Assembly: GCF_001949145.1 (NCBI RefSeq)
Contig: NW_019091355.1
Location: 119,720 to 183,719, forward strand
DNA length: 64,000 nt
Origin: Acanthaster planci
Taxonomy: Eukaryota
Direction: 5' to 3'
Shown: one piece after another, positions 1-13,285 of the stretch
Layout: each line of letters starts with the position of its first letter
Position numbering within the stretch: position 1 is the stretch's first letter
Made by a program: the position numbers and the translations under genes
The notes under the pieces: generated by a model
Database searches by the model: none
Told to the model about the DNA's origin: nothing
What the model saw: the letters and a program-made list of their open reading frames with translations, nothing else

Positions 1-1239
1 GTGGACATATGGAAACATGTCAAACAGAGGTGCCGCCGACAGCGCAGACCAGGCCGCGAATGATCGGCAAAGTTGAGCCAGGTTCAAACTTTGCCGACTG
101 TCTGCGTCGAATAGCCATGGTATCCATATATAAACACTCATGCTCACATCGACCGATGTCCAACGATGTTTGTCTTAGTTCCACGAATTTTGCCAATTTT
201 CACATCCTAGTGATCAACTAAATAGCTGACCGTCAATGAAATGTATGGAACTGGAGTAAAGGTTTGGCACCATAAGCCGGTACGGTCAGTATAAAGGCAG
301 AGTTTCGGACGCCATTTTGTTTCAAGTTTGGGGTGGAATGACGTCATGCACCATCTCTTTCGTTCGTGTCTGCGTCTGCGCGTCTTGCGTTCTGTCTGCG
401 TTACAAACTACCATCATTACATGCCTTCATGATCGCCAGCGCCAAACCTCGCTCTCTTTATATTCCTTTGTTCATATAATTATAATCAGACCAAGGGTTG
501 ACCAATTTAGCCCAAATTTGAATCGTAATTTGAATCATATGATTTTTGTTTCCAATTATTGATTTAAATCAACAGTTTGAGTTTCTTAAAAGGGCAATTT
601 TTTGCAATGTATTGTATTTTTCATCGGATGTGTATTTTTTCCAGGTTGTGCGTATTTCCAATGGTGAATTCCCTTCTGTGGGCCCTTCAGGAAGTGTATC
701 TGGTACACATTGTATTAAACACAATCTGGATTGGCAGGAATGTTTTGTTCAATTTAAGCCACTTATTTTGAAACGACTCTTACTTCTGAAGTCAACCTGT
801 TCATAAAAGTGTCGATATTCCAGATAATGTGCAGTTAAGTCTGCAGCGTATCAAGCTTTTTTGTGTCGGGGGGGGGGGGCAAATTCAAAGGCGAATACGG
901 CCTTGGGCTAATTTGACATGATGTTGACGGAGACAAAATATCAAAAACCTTACTCATGGTCCAAAAATCCTAGGTTTTGTTTCATGCTCGTTTTCTTAGG
1001 GTTTGGTGCTAATCTTTTTTTTATGGAGGGAGTTTCGTTTCTGTTCTGTGAGCTGGCATAACAATATTTTTGTTGCTCTTTTTAATGCACTTTTGTAGTT
1101 AATTTTTTCAAGTTTTGCCCTTGTGATTTTCATCGGTGAGGTTTTTACGTTTTTCTAATGTCCTGTGATGCATGCTCATAGTTTATATTTGACATTTTCA
1201 TGTTCTTAGTTCTTCTTTTTGTAATTGCAACGCTGACTG

Positions 1240-1327
1240 ATTGTAACGCACCTGGGAGCATTGATTTTAAATGGGTTAGGCGCTATGTAAATCGACATTA
1301 TTGTTATTATTATTATTATTATTATTT
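1240..1327 (+). mobile_element. 3' tail of an L2/CR1-type LINE or SINE ending in (ATT)n
   Basis: The sequence TGTAACGCACCTGGGAGCATTG...TAGGCGCTATGTAAAT is followed by an (ATT)n run at about 1296-1327. This resembles the conserved AGGCGCTATATAAAT plus (ATT)n 3' end of L2-clade elements (from recall). Confidence 0.5.
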
Positions 1328-3089
1328 GATACATAAATATTAAAATATAAGTTTGAAAAATAAATATTAAAATGAAAATAAAAGTGAAGAAATCTGTCAG
1401 GGGGCAAGTTGCCCCTGCCCCCCCCTTCCGTTAAATATGCCACTAAGTTAAATGCATATTCTTGAAAAATAAAAGACCGATCAAAATTGATTTGAAAGAC
1501 CTGGAAATCGCAGTTGTGACATTGAATTATTACATTAAGTACAGTGAGAAACACTTTGAATTAAGTACGCTGTTTTAGACGTCCACTACGGATTGATGTT
1601 CTCTCTGAATTTTTTGATTTGCCGTGACATTCGGTGACGATTACATTGAAAATGAAGCACTTTGTTTCAGTTTTGTTGTATTTTATGTGTCTTGTTCATT
1701 TTTATACATTTTCATCATTTTTCGTCATTTGTATATTAACAGGTTAATTGTAACGTATTGTTGTTTTTCTTTGTGATTTTCTCTTTAAAATTTTCATTTA
1801 GCTAATTTACTTTCAGTGTAATCTAAGTTTAACTCTTCCTCTGTTATTAAAATAAACTATTTTTTAGATAACTAATGTATAACGATGACAATCTATAACT
1901 TTACAGAACAAATTCATCATAAAGAAACTTACCTATCAGTAGTTCCAAGATGATATTCCAAATGCATGTATATTCCAACCGAAATATTTACATGCCACGA
2001 AGCATGTAATTTCAAGGCTGTAAACGTGGTCCTCATTTGATGAGACGGTGAACTGTGAGTCCCAAATCACCCGCTCGAAAGTTAGTGGTGGTGTAAAAAG
2101 TCCCTAACTCCGTATAGTCTTGTCGATAGCATTCGATACTTACGCAGCTGACGTAAACATGTAAACCCGCCCATTTGGACTTAAGAGGCAAAGAAGACAG
2201 TTTGTATGCCCTACGGTCCACTAATAGTACCGAAATTATGTGACTTGAATGCAAGTGCACCGTGCATGTGAATGAAGAAATGTTGTGCACCAAGCCGAAC
2301 AGTACATGAAGCCTGGGACGATGTGAGGCCGATCAAAAGTGATGCACAGCACCCATGGGCATAAATTTCAGGGGATGAGATATACATGCCCCACTTTTTG
2401 ACTGGGTGATGAGCTATTAAAGCACTTCTATTCAATCACTTTTGTGGTCAGAAAATCTAAGGTGGACTGAAAAACATTTCGGACTTCCCAACAACCACAA
2501 TGTGTTCATGATCAATAGTGCTCAAATAGGGAGAACAATATTTTAAAAGGTCATAAACACGCCGTTTGATGTAAAGTTCTGCAGGTGTGTAATACATGTT
2601 ACAGATGTACCTCTGTACCATGAACATCGCCCCCTAGTGTCAAATGGTGTCGGTAACACCCCAACCCCCGCGCTGTTTAAATTTCAATGGTTGAGCAAGT
2701 CCTCCCCACCCCCAACTCCCATCCCACAGTTCCTGGTACAAATTGACGCCACTGACAGTCTCAAGAAACTCTGATCCACTCTCCGATGGCTGCTCTATGG
2801 CATTAGGGTAAGCCTATTTCAGATGTTGACAGCGACTGCATAGTAGGAAACTCCAATAAGAATCCAATAGATTCTGGGTCCCTTTAATGCAAGGAGGAAA
2901 GGGGTTGCTATAGGGAATAGGGATGCATTACTTCAGACGAAAAAGTTATTGATGGTGGTTGTTAGAATTAACCACACACCTAAGAAGAAGACTTTTGAGA
3001 ATTAACAGGCATTAAACCATGTACACCTTTCATGCTATATGCCGATAAAACAGGGGTTCAGATCAGTGGTTTAGTTGTGCTGCGAGCTC

Positions 3090-3325
3090 GCCTCTGAAGT
3101 CATCCTCACATTACAAGTTGCTAAGGTGATTTCATCAGCAGAGATGGGCACTTCATTGTGTCTGATGGAACCAGTAGTGTCATTGGTCTAGATAAGAAAG
3201 AAGGTGGACCCTTAAATGCTCCCCCGTGGAACACCTACAATGATAGGTTTAATTTCAAGCTTGAAGACTTACCAGCTACGACCACTCGAATAGAACGTAT
3301 AGGGTAAGATGATAAGCACTTGCCA
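3090..3325 (-). mobile_element. Decayed non-LTR retrotransposon (LINE) reverse-transcriptase fragment
   Basis: Minus-strand translation across one frameshift reads CLSSYPIRSIRVVVAGKSSSLK / KPIIVGVPRGSI*GSTFFLI*TNDTTGSIRHNEVPISADEITL. It matches the LINE RT motifs SYLxxRxxxVxxxGxxS, GVPQGSILGPxLFLIYxND and a degenerate YADD (SADE), and carries in-frame stops. The remnant may extend further left. Confidence 0.7.
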
Positions 3326-4131
3326 TCTTCTTCGCCTTTGTTTTCGCATTCGCATGAAGTACGAACCGGCCTTTGGCTCGAAAGCGAATTAACCCGAATA
3401 TATGACGGCAAATCAAACATTCACCCTGCTACTTCGCCAAAAGTTGAAAGCATTTCAACTTGAGCGAAATTTTGATGCAAATCTTTTGTGACGTCAAAAT
3501 TGTTTCGCTTTCACATTCGCCTGCAGCACCGCACGCACAATATTATTATGACAGACACAATAAAGAGGGCGCTGTTTGGTTTGGGCAAAACCGCTTTGGA
3601 TTAACTCTGATTTACCGACAGAAAGCGGAGTGTTATTTTGTCCGCCCTTCTTCTGAAGTGCCTTTGGCTGGTATTGCTGCCGTTGAATATTTTGCTGCTG
3701 TGTCATTTCCTAACCAGAATAACTGTATTTAGGGAAAAGGCCAACGATACTTTTCTTTAACATATGAAATGTAAAGACTGAACTGAAGTCTATTACTACT
3801 GCAATTTTACCTTTAAGCTTGATGACACAACAGACATAGTTGTAATTCAGTATATTCATTTCCTTACAAATCTATCGACTTTTGAGCCCAAGCTATACTT
3901 GGGACAAAGCAATCTTTTAAATTCATTATGTTGCATAGGCCTAGGAAACACTACTGAAAGTCATAGCTGTGACGGTATAGGGTTTTTTTAAGAAAAAGGG
4001 GGGGGGGGCAGAGAAACTGAGAAAAACATGACCGCTAAGTTTACACCCCTGTACAGATTTCAAATAGGTGGCCACTTACACTTTTTCCGCCATACCCATT
4101 TTACCATTTATACACACGTGTGCATAATATT

Positions 4132-4848
4132 GGGTCGTATGAATAAAAAGTAGCATTTGATTTTACTACCAATTTTGAAGCATTTACTCTTGTTTGTATG
4201 AATAATAATGAAGCAAACGCTTTTTACTTTAGTGCAGTTGCTAAAAAGTAACAGAATTTACTTTTTACTCTTTAAGCTTGTGCTTGACAATAAGCAGTTG
4301 TTTCATTTTGTATGAATAAAAATGAGTGAGTTCTACAGAATTAGAGCATTTACTTGACATTTTTCAAGACTGGGTCAGGGCAAGCTTGAAAACGAGGAGC
4401 ATTAATTTACTAATGTTCAAAATTGCAGCGTTCATGAATGTCATTCAAAAGGAAAAGCTGTATGCCTTTAGGAGGGAATCTCAAGAAACCAGATACCGGC
4501 AGAGCACTTTTCTTCATCAAGGTTTTTGAGATCGAAATTACTGCCATCGTGCTTATCTGCCATGCTGAGGTCTCAAGATACAGCACCGTGCTGCACTGTG
4601 TGCGTCTGTACGTGCAGACAATGGAAGCCCCATTGTACAAAACCGTTCGGCTGTGAAGTCAGCCACAAGCATAAAGCATTTGCTACTATTTGTACAAGCA
4701 AGTGCTGAATAGTAAAACAAACATTTTACATTTTATTCATACAAGTTCAAGCAATTCTTGCTTATTCTTAATGCTTTTACTTCTCAGTAAATGCTTTTGC
4801 TGTTTGCTTGAACTTCATAGCAGTTGCTAGTTTTTATTCATACGACCC
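4132..4848. mobile_element. MITE, PIF/Harbinger-like, about 717 bp
   Basis: The left TIR GGGTCGTATGAATAAAAAGTAGCA (4132-4155) matches the reverse complement of 4825-4848 (GGGTCGTATGAATAAAAACTAGCA) with one mismatch. A 3-bp direct repeat ATT lies at 4129-4131 and 4849-4851 (candidate target-site duplication, TSD). There is no long ORF. Confidence 0.75.
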
Positions 4849-5584
4849 ATTGATAATAAGTGACAAGGTCTACTCTTCAGTCATCAAATACCATGATCAA
4901 TGTACTGAGAAAGTTGCAAATTTCATGTACCAAAATTTGCCGGTACTACTGAACTGATTCATTTTTATTTTGTCCAAAAAAAATTATTTTGTTTGCACTG
5001 TTTCGTTTTTGGCTCTCAATGCGCGCTGCGCATGCTTGAATAGTGCGCGCTTACAGTGCACTTTAATTCAGATTCGTAGAGTTCTATACAAAATATGACT
5101 TGCAAGCTACAGATTAAATCAAAAGCTATACCACAAAATATCAAATCATTCTCTCGTGCTAATTTAGAAGTAAAAAATATTTCAAGTTTTATTTGAAAAT
5201 TAAACCTTTTGACTCTTCCCCCTCTTTCCGCACTTTGGATGTTGTTCCCCCCAAGTTTCATGTCAACCACACTTACCTAAAACCTGTGCAGGCTCACCGT
5301 TACGGTGTCAAGCTTTGCTGATGAAGCTGAGCTACCTCTACACTGGTGCCTCATGCATATCCACATTGTTACTCTTTCGATGGAGTGATCAAGTTTCCTC
5401 GCGTATGAAGCGGATTCTACCATGAACCAACTCCAAATTTAAGCAGTATCCTCCTATACATTGCGGGGGCCGGGACCGTCTATCTCAACTTCCAGACTGC
5501 TGTGTAAGTGTTACAATTTGAGTGAGCCGCCAGATTCTGGCCTACTTTGTTACTATGTGACAGAGTGCAAGGTGTTGTAGAGTT

Positions 5585-5745
5585 TAGTGTAATTCGACAA
5601 CCAGAATGAGAAACCATGCACAACGCTCGTGGACAGCCTGTGGTAGGCACGCGTTACATGCCTCTTCGACCAATAGGGTGTCGTTATTTGTCAAACGCAC
5701 GCGCGCGTCAAGCTGAAGAATGTGCGTTTGAGTGCGATGCCACTA
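5585..5745 (+). repeat. Dispersed repeat, copy 1 (copy 2 at about 51620-51785)
   Basis: Collinear shared blocks are TAGTGTAATTCGAC, CTCGTGGACAG, TGCCTCTTCGACCAA, GTCAAGCTGAA and ATGTGCGT. A partial third hit (CTCGTGGACAG) lies near 61860. Confidence 0.7.
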
Positions 5746-6351
5746 TTGATCTTCATTATTGTGGTGATCAATGGATGCCACTGTAGTTATCGCGTCTGGG
5801 AAATATGAAAGGGCTGCGTAGCACCGTGATCAGAATAGTGTATTGCCAAAAAAATTACAGTCAGTGCTCTTAATCTCATTGCCGAGCTTTCTGTAACTGG
5901 GTAGGGCTTACCTATGTCAGGGCAAGCAAGTTGGGAGCTGGGCCGTTTTCCAATACTCAACTTCGTCTCCGTCGGAGGCTTCTTGTAGGAAACCAATACT
6001 CGATTGGGGGCCAAAAGGGGTTAATCTTAAATTGAAGTACTGTAATGTTTGGTTCTTTTGCACCTTACTTGGTGTTTTGTGGCACTATCAGACTTACTAT
6101 TGCGCTTATAACCTCAAAGTCAAGAAGTAAAAACAGTTGAAGCCTGAGACGGAGCCCAAGTCGAGTATTGGAAAACGGCCCTAAATCTGCTTGCCCTGAC
6201 GAAGGTACCGAGTTACCAAAAGCACGGCAATGAGATAAATTAATAGCACTGACTGTATGTATTTTTGTCAATGTTGTTATCGCGTTTGGTTGAGAGGATC
6301 AATAACAATAGAGCTATAGAGGTTTATTGATCAGATTTGATATTTTGGTTG

Positions 6352-7420
6352 AGAGCTAGGTTTAGGTCTTCACTCCTTTGAATATACGCGGAAGTGCATT
6401 ATATAGCCGTAGCTCTGGAAGCCTATTTCGGACACGGCCTATGTTCAGATCATAACTGTGATTATGTGAGGAAAATATGCCTTCAGTTCAACGATACGTT
6501 ATCCAAGGGGGATACTTAATTTTAGGGTAGAGATACTTTGAAAAAGAGTTCCGTATCCGGCCAGCACCCGTCTTCCTTATTTAGTCGAAAAACTAACCAA
6601 AAAGTAACATAATGGTAACTTAAAGAAAAGTCTCATTATAGGTGCGTTCGACTAGCTTCCCTGAATACACCAGTGTTACACGAAGGGAAGCCTCGAATTG
6701 AGGGTAATAGAACGCTGCAGTGTACTTGCCAAGGCATTCTGGGAAAACGGTCAGGTCCTATGTGAGGAAGGGAGAAAGCAGAGCTATTGAATCACCCTCC
6801 CCCCACACACACACACTCTCACACACTTTTTTGTAATGAGCAAAATAATTAAAGCGGATTGTGAATAATTCTTTGGACTTGCCAACGACTAAAATAGTTG
6901 TAATATACCACTACAAAGGGAAGGCAACTTTATAAAGCCATAAATATTCCATTCTGATGTAAGATTCTGCATGAATTTGACACACATTACAGATGTACAT
7001 CTTTGTCATGAACATCGCTCCCTGCGTATATCCCCCCCCTCCCGGATCCCACGCACACGTACACACACCTTTCCCTATCCCTCCCCCCCCAAAAAAAAAT
7101 CAGGGTGGCATAGATTTATACCACTAGGGCAAAGTTAGTGGAATACAGTGAGCAGATGTAAGCCTTACAAGCCCTACACACGAAACGGCAATTTTGTCAC
7201 CCAACCATGACATAAAAACAGGTAAAAATCCCTTAAAAGTTGTGGTGTCGACGAACTGAAGTCGGGTATGCCTATCTAGTTGGGCATGCTCGAACTTTGG
7301 GTGCATCCGAATCTCTTGTCTAGAGCTAGGTCTAGGTCTTCGCTCCATTGGAAATGCGTTTAGACGCATAGACATTAGACCTAGCCATAGCTCTGGAAGC
7401 CCGTTTTGGACACGGCCATG
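6352..7420 (+). repeat. Two diverged direct repeats of about 90 bp (about 6352-6442 and 7322-7420)
   Basis: GAGCTAGGT(T/C)TAGGTCTTC...TAGCC(G/A)TAGCTCTGGAAGCC..TTT.GGACACGGCC occurs at both places in the same orientation. Confidence 0.6.
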
Positions 7421-8517
7421 TCTTCCAGAAAATTCCCCCTGACTTCCCGTGGTATCTACTTACTGTCAAATAGCCAGGGACCCTGACTACGGGACGACTG
7501 ACGGATACATCCCATACCGTACCACACGTGAGCGCGCTGGAGACGTTAACTTCTAGTCACTGTCCTTGCTCTAAATTACACATTAGAAAGTGAAATACAA
7601 CCTGGCATTTGGCAAATACACGTAATTGACGATGTTTTCCCGTGTTGTCTCTGTGTATAGTAGTTGCATTGGCTAACGTGGGCACTTCTGAGATTGCAAG
7701 CATGGCTTTAATGGATCAGAAAAAACGGTAATGAAACAAACTCTGTCATGTCCGTGGTCATATGGTACGGTCACACCATTCGCCCGTCACGTGTACGCTT
7801 TTAATTTATGCCTTTCCTTGGCTTTGCTGGCATGGCTGGCAGTGCTGCATGTGCGTGTAGATTATGACATCGTAAAATTTAAATGGGCAGTCAAATTGGC
7901 GTCAATTAGCTGATTTTACAGCCACTGTTTTCCCTGCAGTGACGGATTAGCAATCTGAGAGTAATAAGACATGTTAACAATCAAATCCAGCAGTTAACTA
8001 TAATTCAAATAATAAATATTTACCTGGAGTTCCATATAGGGACGCCATTAATTATTCCCTACAGTGACTTATTAGCCGTTAGAAAGCAAAACATGTCCAG
8101 AAAAGTTCAATTTAGGAGGGAAAATACTATGGAGGGAAAGTTATTTACTTAGAAAACACAGTCTCATAGGGTTTGTGCACAGGTGTCAAGCCTCATCTGT
8201 GTACATGGCATATAGAACTCTTTCCCCAGAGACTGCTAACCACCAACATTCAAAGATTCTTTTGTCGCCCTTGATGTAGCTCAGAAGAAGCGAAAAACAT
8301 CAATAAGACAGAGATATGAAAAAACAATGAAGCAAAATTGAAAAAGTGGCTGCCTCCTCCGTTTTGAAAAAAAATTCTGGATGAGAAACTCCATTGTTTG
8401 CGGCTGTATGTAGCATGTTCAGTTGTTAAGAATTTAGGACTGAGGCAAGGATGCTGAGGGTCCCTCTGCACCACACGCTTGTCTTTAATGTGTTAATTTG
8501 TTTTCTGCTTAACAAAG

Positions 8518-11500
8518 ATTGTCCAAGGCTATACCAGGTCATCTGTTCAAGGCATTTCCCCTGTGACCAAGTAAGTATATTTTGTTCTCTCTTTTTTGGG
8601 GATTTATAATAGCAAGGAGAGACAATGGGAGGACAAACTGAAGAAGTTACAAGCTACAGAAGCATGGTACAAGACCTATCCTCTTATTCCTGTGTACAGG
8701 CCACAGTATGTATATCTTTCTAATATTACATGTAGTTTTAATCCCCACAAATTCAAAAATAAAATTGCATCAGATTACTCGCAATGGTATTTGTTCTCTT
8801 GATATGATAAGGATGAAATTGGGATTATATCTTCATGCCCCTAAACTGATAATGATCATCAAAATGTTTGAACACTTGAGGTAAAGAGGAAATATAAACA
8901 CAGCGCTATTTATTAGCAGGTCGCTGTCCAGTTTCTGACTTGTATTACTTATCACGTTATTGCTAATGTGGATACATGTTTGAGTTTAGCTTAAATTACT
9001 TTTCTTTTTAGTCTGATAGATCCATCCCCATTTTGGCACATAGTATATCGACAGAAACACGCATTTGAAATTGCCGCTGCACACCCAGAGGTAACTGTCA
9101 ATAACCAACTTAAAATATTCATAAGGCCACAATAATCAAGTATTTTGTTATTAATTCAGTTGTTTATTGCCTCTTTTATCATAAATATTAGTCTGGTTTT
9201 GTTTCAGATAATTTATGCATAAATTTTTGTCTATCATGGGACGATTCAGCATATCAAGACAGGTATTGACTGACATCTTTCCTATAAACATTGCATCAAA
9301 TTATATGAAACTTTTCCAATAGAAAGACAGCTAGATGTAAAATTCAGGATACTTCAGATACTTCTGTCTAGCCAATGTAGTGTAAGTATATGGAAATGCA
9401 GATATTTAATGCAGTATTTGAATTATTTGGACAGCAGGATATGTATGCTTTATGTACAATGTATGTACCCACCCACTGCCACAAAGTTTTTCCTTTATTG
9501 ATTTCAGGATGTCCATGTTTTTGCCTTTGAAGCTGAGAATGTTACAGCTGATACAGCAACTAAGGGACAGCGAAAGTACATCATCACAAATTATTTACAG
9601 CTATGGCATACTATATACCACCTGGCTGCTCGTGGAAAGTATCCAACATTTTATGAGGTGATCCCCGAAGGCTCAGCTTGCAAACTCTATTTCGACTTGG
9701 AATTCAGTCGGTTCCTGAACAAAGAATGCTGTGGTGCTGAAATGGTGAACACTTTCATTCAGGTAAGTCCAAAATAATTTGCAGAAAAGTGAAACTAAAA
9801 TTAAACAAGCACTTCCTAAAGTGATTTGTACCTCTGATTATCTGGTAGAAAGAATTTCTAACCTCATTTACATTCATGAAAATACTTGGCCTCTTCTTTT
9901 GCCTGTTTAGTTTGTGTGTGCTGAGATTATGGAGATATACCAGATACAGTGCGTTATTGATCATGTGATCAATCTTGATGCCACAACACCAAGTAAATTC
10001 AGTCGACATCTCATCTTCAGCCTACCACAGGCGGTTTTCAAGGATAATGTACAAGCAGGTAAAATTGGGCTCATAATTTTTTACCTTGATATTAGAGTGC
10101 CTGAGCAATTAAAATTATTGGTTGATGTCATTTGTAATGGAAATACAAGGGGCATAACCCTTTTTGCCATTAAAAAAATAACATGGTGTGCATTTTTTAA
10201 CGACAACTTACTCCTTTTTGTTGTTGCTAGACTCTTAGTCATTTAGCATAGTAGCCATTAGTAATGGTAGGATATTTTTTAAAATGGTTTGCAGGTAATT
10301 TTGTGCATTATTTGTGTGAGAAAATTCGGAAGATTTGCCAAACAGAAAGTCCAACAGAAAGCGATGGAGAGCCTGGTGCAAAGAGGCAGAAGCAAAAAGG
10401 AGAGAAGACTGGGAGTGGCAGATACAGGGTACCAGATCCAGAAAGTCGGCCCAACACTCCACTGCTCCAAAAACTATTCATTGAGAATAAAGATGGCCTG
10501 TCAGTTTTGTTTGTTGATCAAGGTACACTCAGAATATGCTCTTCAAGAATGAATTTAGCCAGTTGCTCCCAGTGAAGTATTCAAATCTAATGCTTCATTA
10601 CGTCTGAAGTAATTGTTGTAAAGTGTCAAACTTAGGGAGATAATCCCCTTTTCACTCAAAATTTGGCTGCGAGCAGTCACTGCAAATTAATCTCTTTATA
10701 TGATTAATGCCTCTGTTTGTTGGTACAACAGGAGTGTACACTCGTAATAGGAATTTCCGTCTATACAAGTGCATCAAATTGGGAAAGGCAAATCCATTAC
10801 TTATGGCCAAGGATAATAAATACAAGCCTCGGATCAACAGAAAGTCCAGTACTAATCAGGCCATGTGCGAGGCAACCATGGAACGACAGTTCTTTCTGGA
10901 TTCACTGATTACTAACGTCAGGTAAGAAGGTCCATGAAGTCGTGATCCAGATTGTTTAAAGAGCCATTTTGGTATTCAATCAGCGCATGCATAGGCACAT
11001 CATACATGTGGGTCGTTTAAGAACTTAATATTCGTATGCAAGGTCGGCTATTTTAGTGTAGCTACATGCTGACTTACACACTCTGTGTACAAGTTGGCTT
11101 GACATCAGAAGCATGTACGGTTTCTGAACATTTGATTCAAGACATTACATGTTTCTCTGGATGTTTGGAATTTCCAATTTTCGGAACTCCGTGTTGCCTG
11201 TATTATCAGATTCTAGTTATGCAGATGTTTGTTTTGCAGTGTAATGTTTCCCCTCTAATCAGCTCATGTTTTCTCCTCTTGCAGTTATTGCCCAGGTACA
11301 CGCGTCTTAACGATGGAACGTAATGACGACCAGAAGGCAAGGAACGTCAGCCATTCACATCGGAAAGATGCCATAAAAACACAAGGTAGTCTCCATGTAT
11401 GTGCACAGTGCGAAGTAACACATACAAATAATGTTAACTCGCTCCTTGTAGTTCACTTCTGGTATAGTGTACCGTCACCCCAGATGGCTGTGTTGACACT

Positions 11501-12232
11501 GTGTATCTGTATCTCTTTATTTAGGTGAACCCGGTGAATTGCTTGAAGGATTTGATCATTCTCCCTACCCTAACATAGATGCATTCATCTGTACAGTAAT
11601 CACTAATGGAGGTATCCAAGGAGTGATTCGACGCTGGGTTTACTTCACTCAAGGACAGTTGCTTGTCTATGATATTATCAAGAACAGATGGTGTGGTAAC
11701 ATACACCGCCAACATAAGAGCAACAACATCATGTGAGTCTAACAGTGTAATTATCCATCAAAATTTCTATACAATTCTATCCGTAGCAGCGTACATATGA
11801 ATCAGTCTTCGCATGAAGAAGTGAGGGACAAAATATAAATTGTTTGACTGAGCAAAGTAATTAGTAGGGGCTATGGTGATTTAGAAGGAAAGAAAAATTA
11901 TTTCAAAAACAAAAATGATCAAATGAATGTTGGATATTCTATTCAGGATTCTGGTTGATCTTCGTCGTGGTGTGTACTACCAGAAGTGTCATGATCCTGA
12001 CTGTAAAGCTGCTGGTTACAAGTCACCTGATACTGCTCTCCCTCCTCAGCTCATTCCATCCTTCGGAGATGATGTTGACGATGATGAACTCTTAGCTGCC
12101 GTTACTGCAGTGGAAGAAAGGGAATCTCAAAAAGACCCTAGCTGTAACACAACCAGCCATAATGTGGGTGAACTCAGTGATCAAGAGTTACTGGCATCTG
12201 CACTGCAAGTTGAAGGTGACTTGCAACAATAG
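8518..12232 (+). CDS. PRIMPOL: DNA-directed primase/polymerase PrimPol (multi-exon; start codon not resolved)
   Basis: Phase-compatible GT-AG exons: 8518-8570 (tentative), 8613-8705, 9012-9090, 9508-9762, 9911-10058, 10295-10522, 10732-10921, 11285-11385, 11525-11732, 11947-12232 (TAG). Motifs include DVHVFAFE, YEVIPEGSACKLYFDLEF (AEP motif I, DxE), KFSRHLIF (motif II, SxH) and FVDQGVYTRNRNFRLYK (motif III). The C-terminal zinc finger reads RWCGNIHRQHKSNNIM..YYQKCHDPDC. Confidence 0.95.
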
Positions 12233-13285
12233 CCAGCTTGGTGGTGACATTAAATGATGAAAACTAAATAAGTACTATCACTAGACGGCGCACGTAGGAG
12301 GGCAAGTGATACAGCAAGGGACAAGTGTTCAGATGTCGAAAATGTGATAAGGCACTGCTAGTAATTATTGATGATGGTGTTTAACTCATTTTGTAAGTTT
12401 GATCCCACTTCTACCGTCTTTAATTCCAAGGAAATGTAGTCTGTTACTTGCTGTATCACTGCAAACAGATGAAAACTGTTGGAAGCCATGTGATGCAGGG
12501 AAAAGTAAGGAGAGTGGAGTAGCAGTGAGAACGGTTATTCGGCAGGCCAGGAATGTAAAAAGTTTCCATGCCAGAAATTGTTTGTGTAACAAACCTGGAA
12601 GTGAGTACCTAAGCAAGGGATGACTCTGACAAAGAGAAAGCTCTAGATCAACTGAAAAGAATATTTCTCCCATCATTTTATTCTATAATTCTCACGAACT
12701 GAAATATCGACTTGAATTACTGTATGGTTTTAACATCTAAATGATTAGCTTCTTGCATAACATCATTCATTATTGGATGCAAGTGAAATAAAATCTTACA
12801 TACCATACTTTTGAACAGTTGGTTTGTATAAAACTTTTTAAAATGTTATTTTTTTATTTTTTTAATTTGTTTGAGAATTACATTAAAATGTGATTGACAT
12901 TTCAATCTTAAGAAAATAGTGTTGTAACTCAAAAAATGGATTAGGATAAATGGTCCCCATGCCGATCAGATTGCATGCATCCCCATGAACAAGCATAATG
13001 TGCAAGTATTGATTCAGTCCCAAACTCAAAAGACTCGAAACATTTTAAAGGAAAATGTGGACAAGGGTGGAGGTGAGGTAAGAAAAGTAGACCAATACAT
13101 AAAGTAAACTTTTTGGAAAAAAGACCAGAAAAAATGAATTGGGAAAGCCACCCCTTCAAAAGAGTAGGCAATGTTTCCAAAAGCCATACAGATTACATTC
13201 AACATGGGAAAACTGGCCAAGTTGGGCCTGATAATTTGGCAAAACCTCAACTACAGTTACCCATTGTTATTTCTCCCATAACTAA

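Noticed and set aside
900..2435. Possible minus-strand gene suggested by GTAAG donors near 950 and 1930 and ORF 2033-2293
   Set aside because: I could not build a phase-consistent exon chain or a recognisable protein. A 5' exon of a gene lying left of the window cannot be excluded.
7702..7727. Candidate PRIMPOL first coding exon (MALMDQKK, donor GTAATG)
   Set aside because: It ends in phase 2 while the next candidate exon at 8518 needs phase 0. It could join 8613 directly, so the start is left unresolved rather than called.
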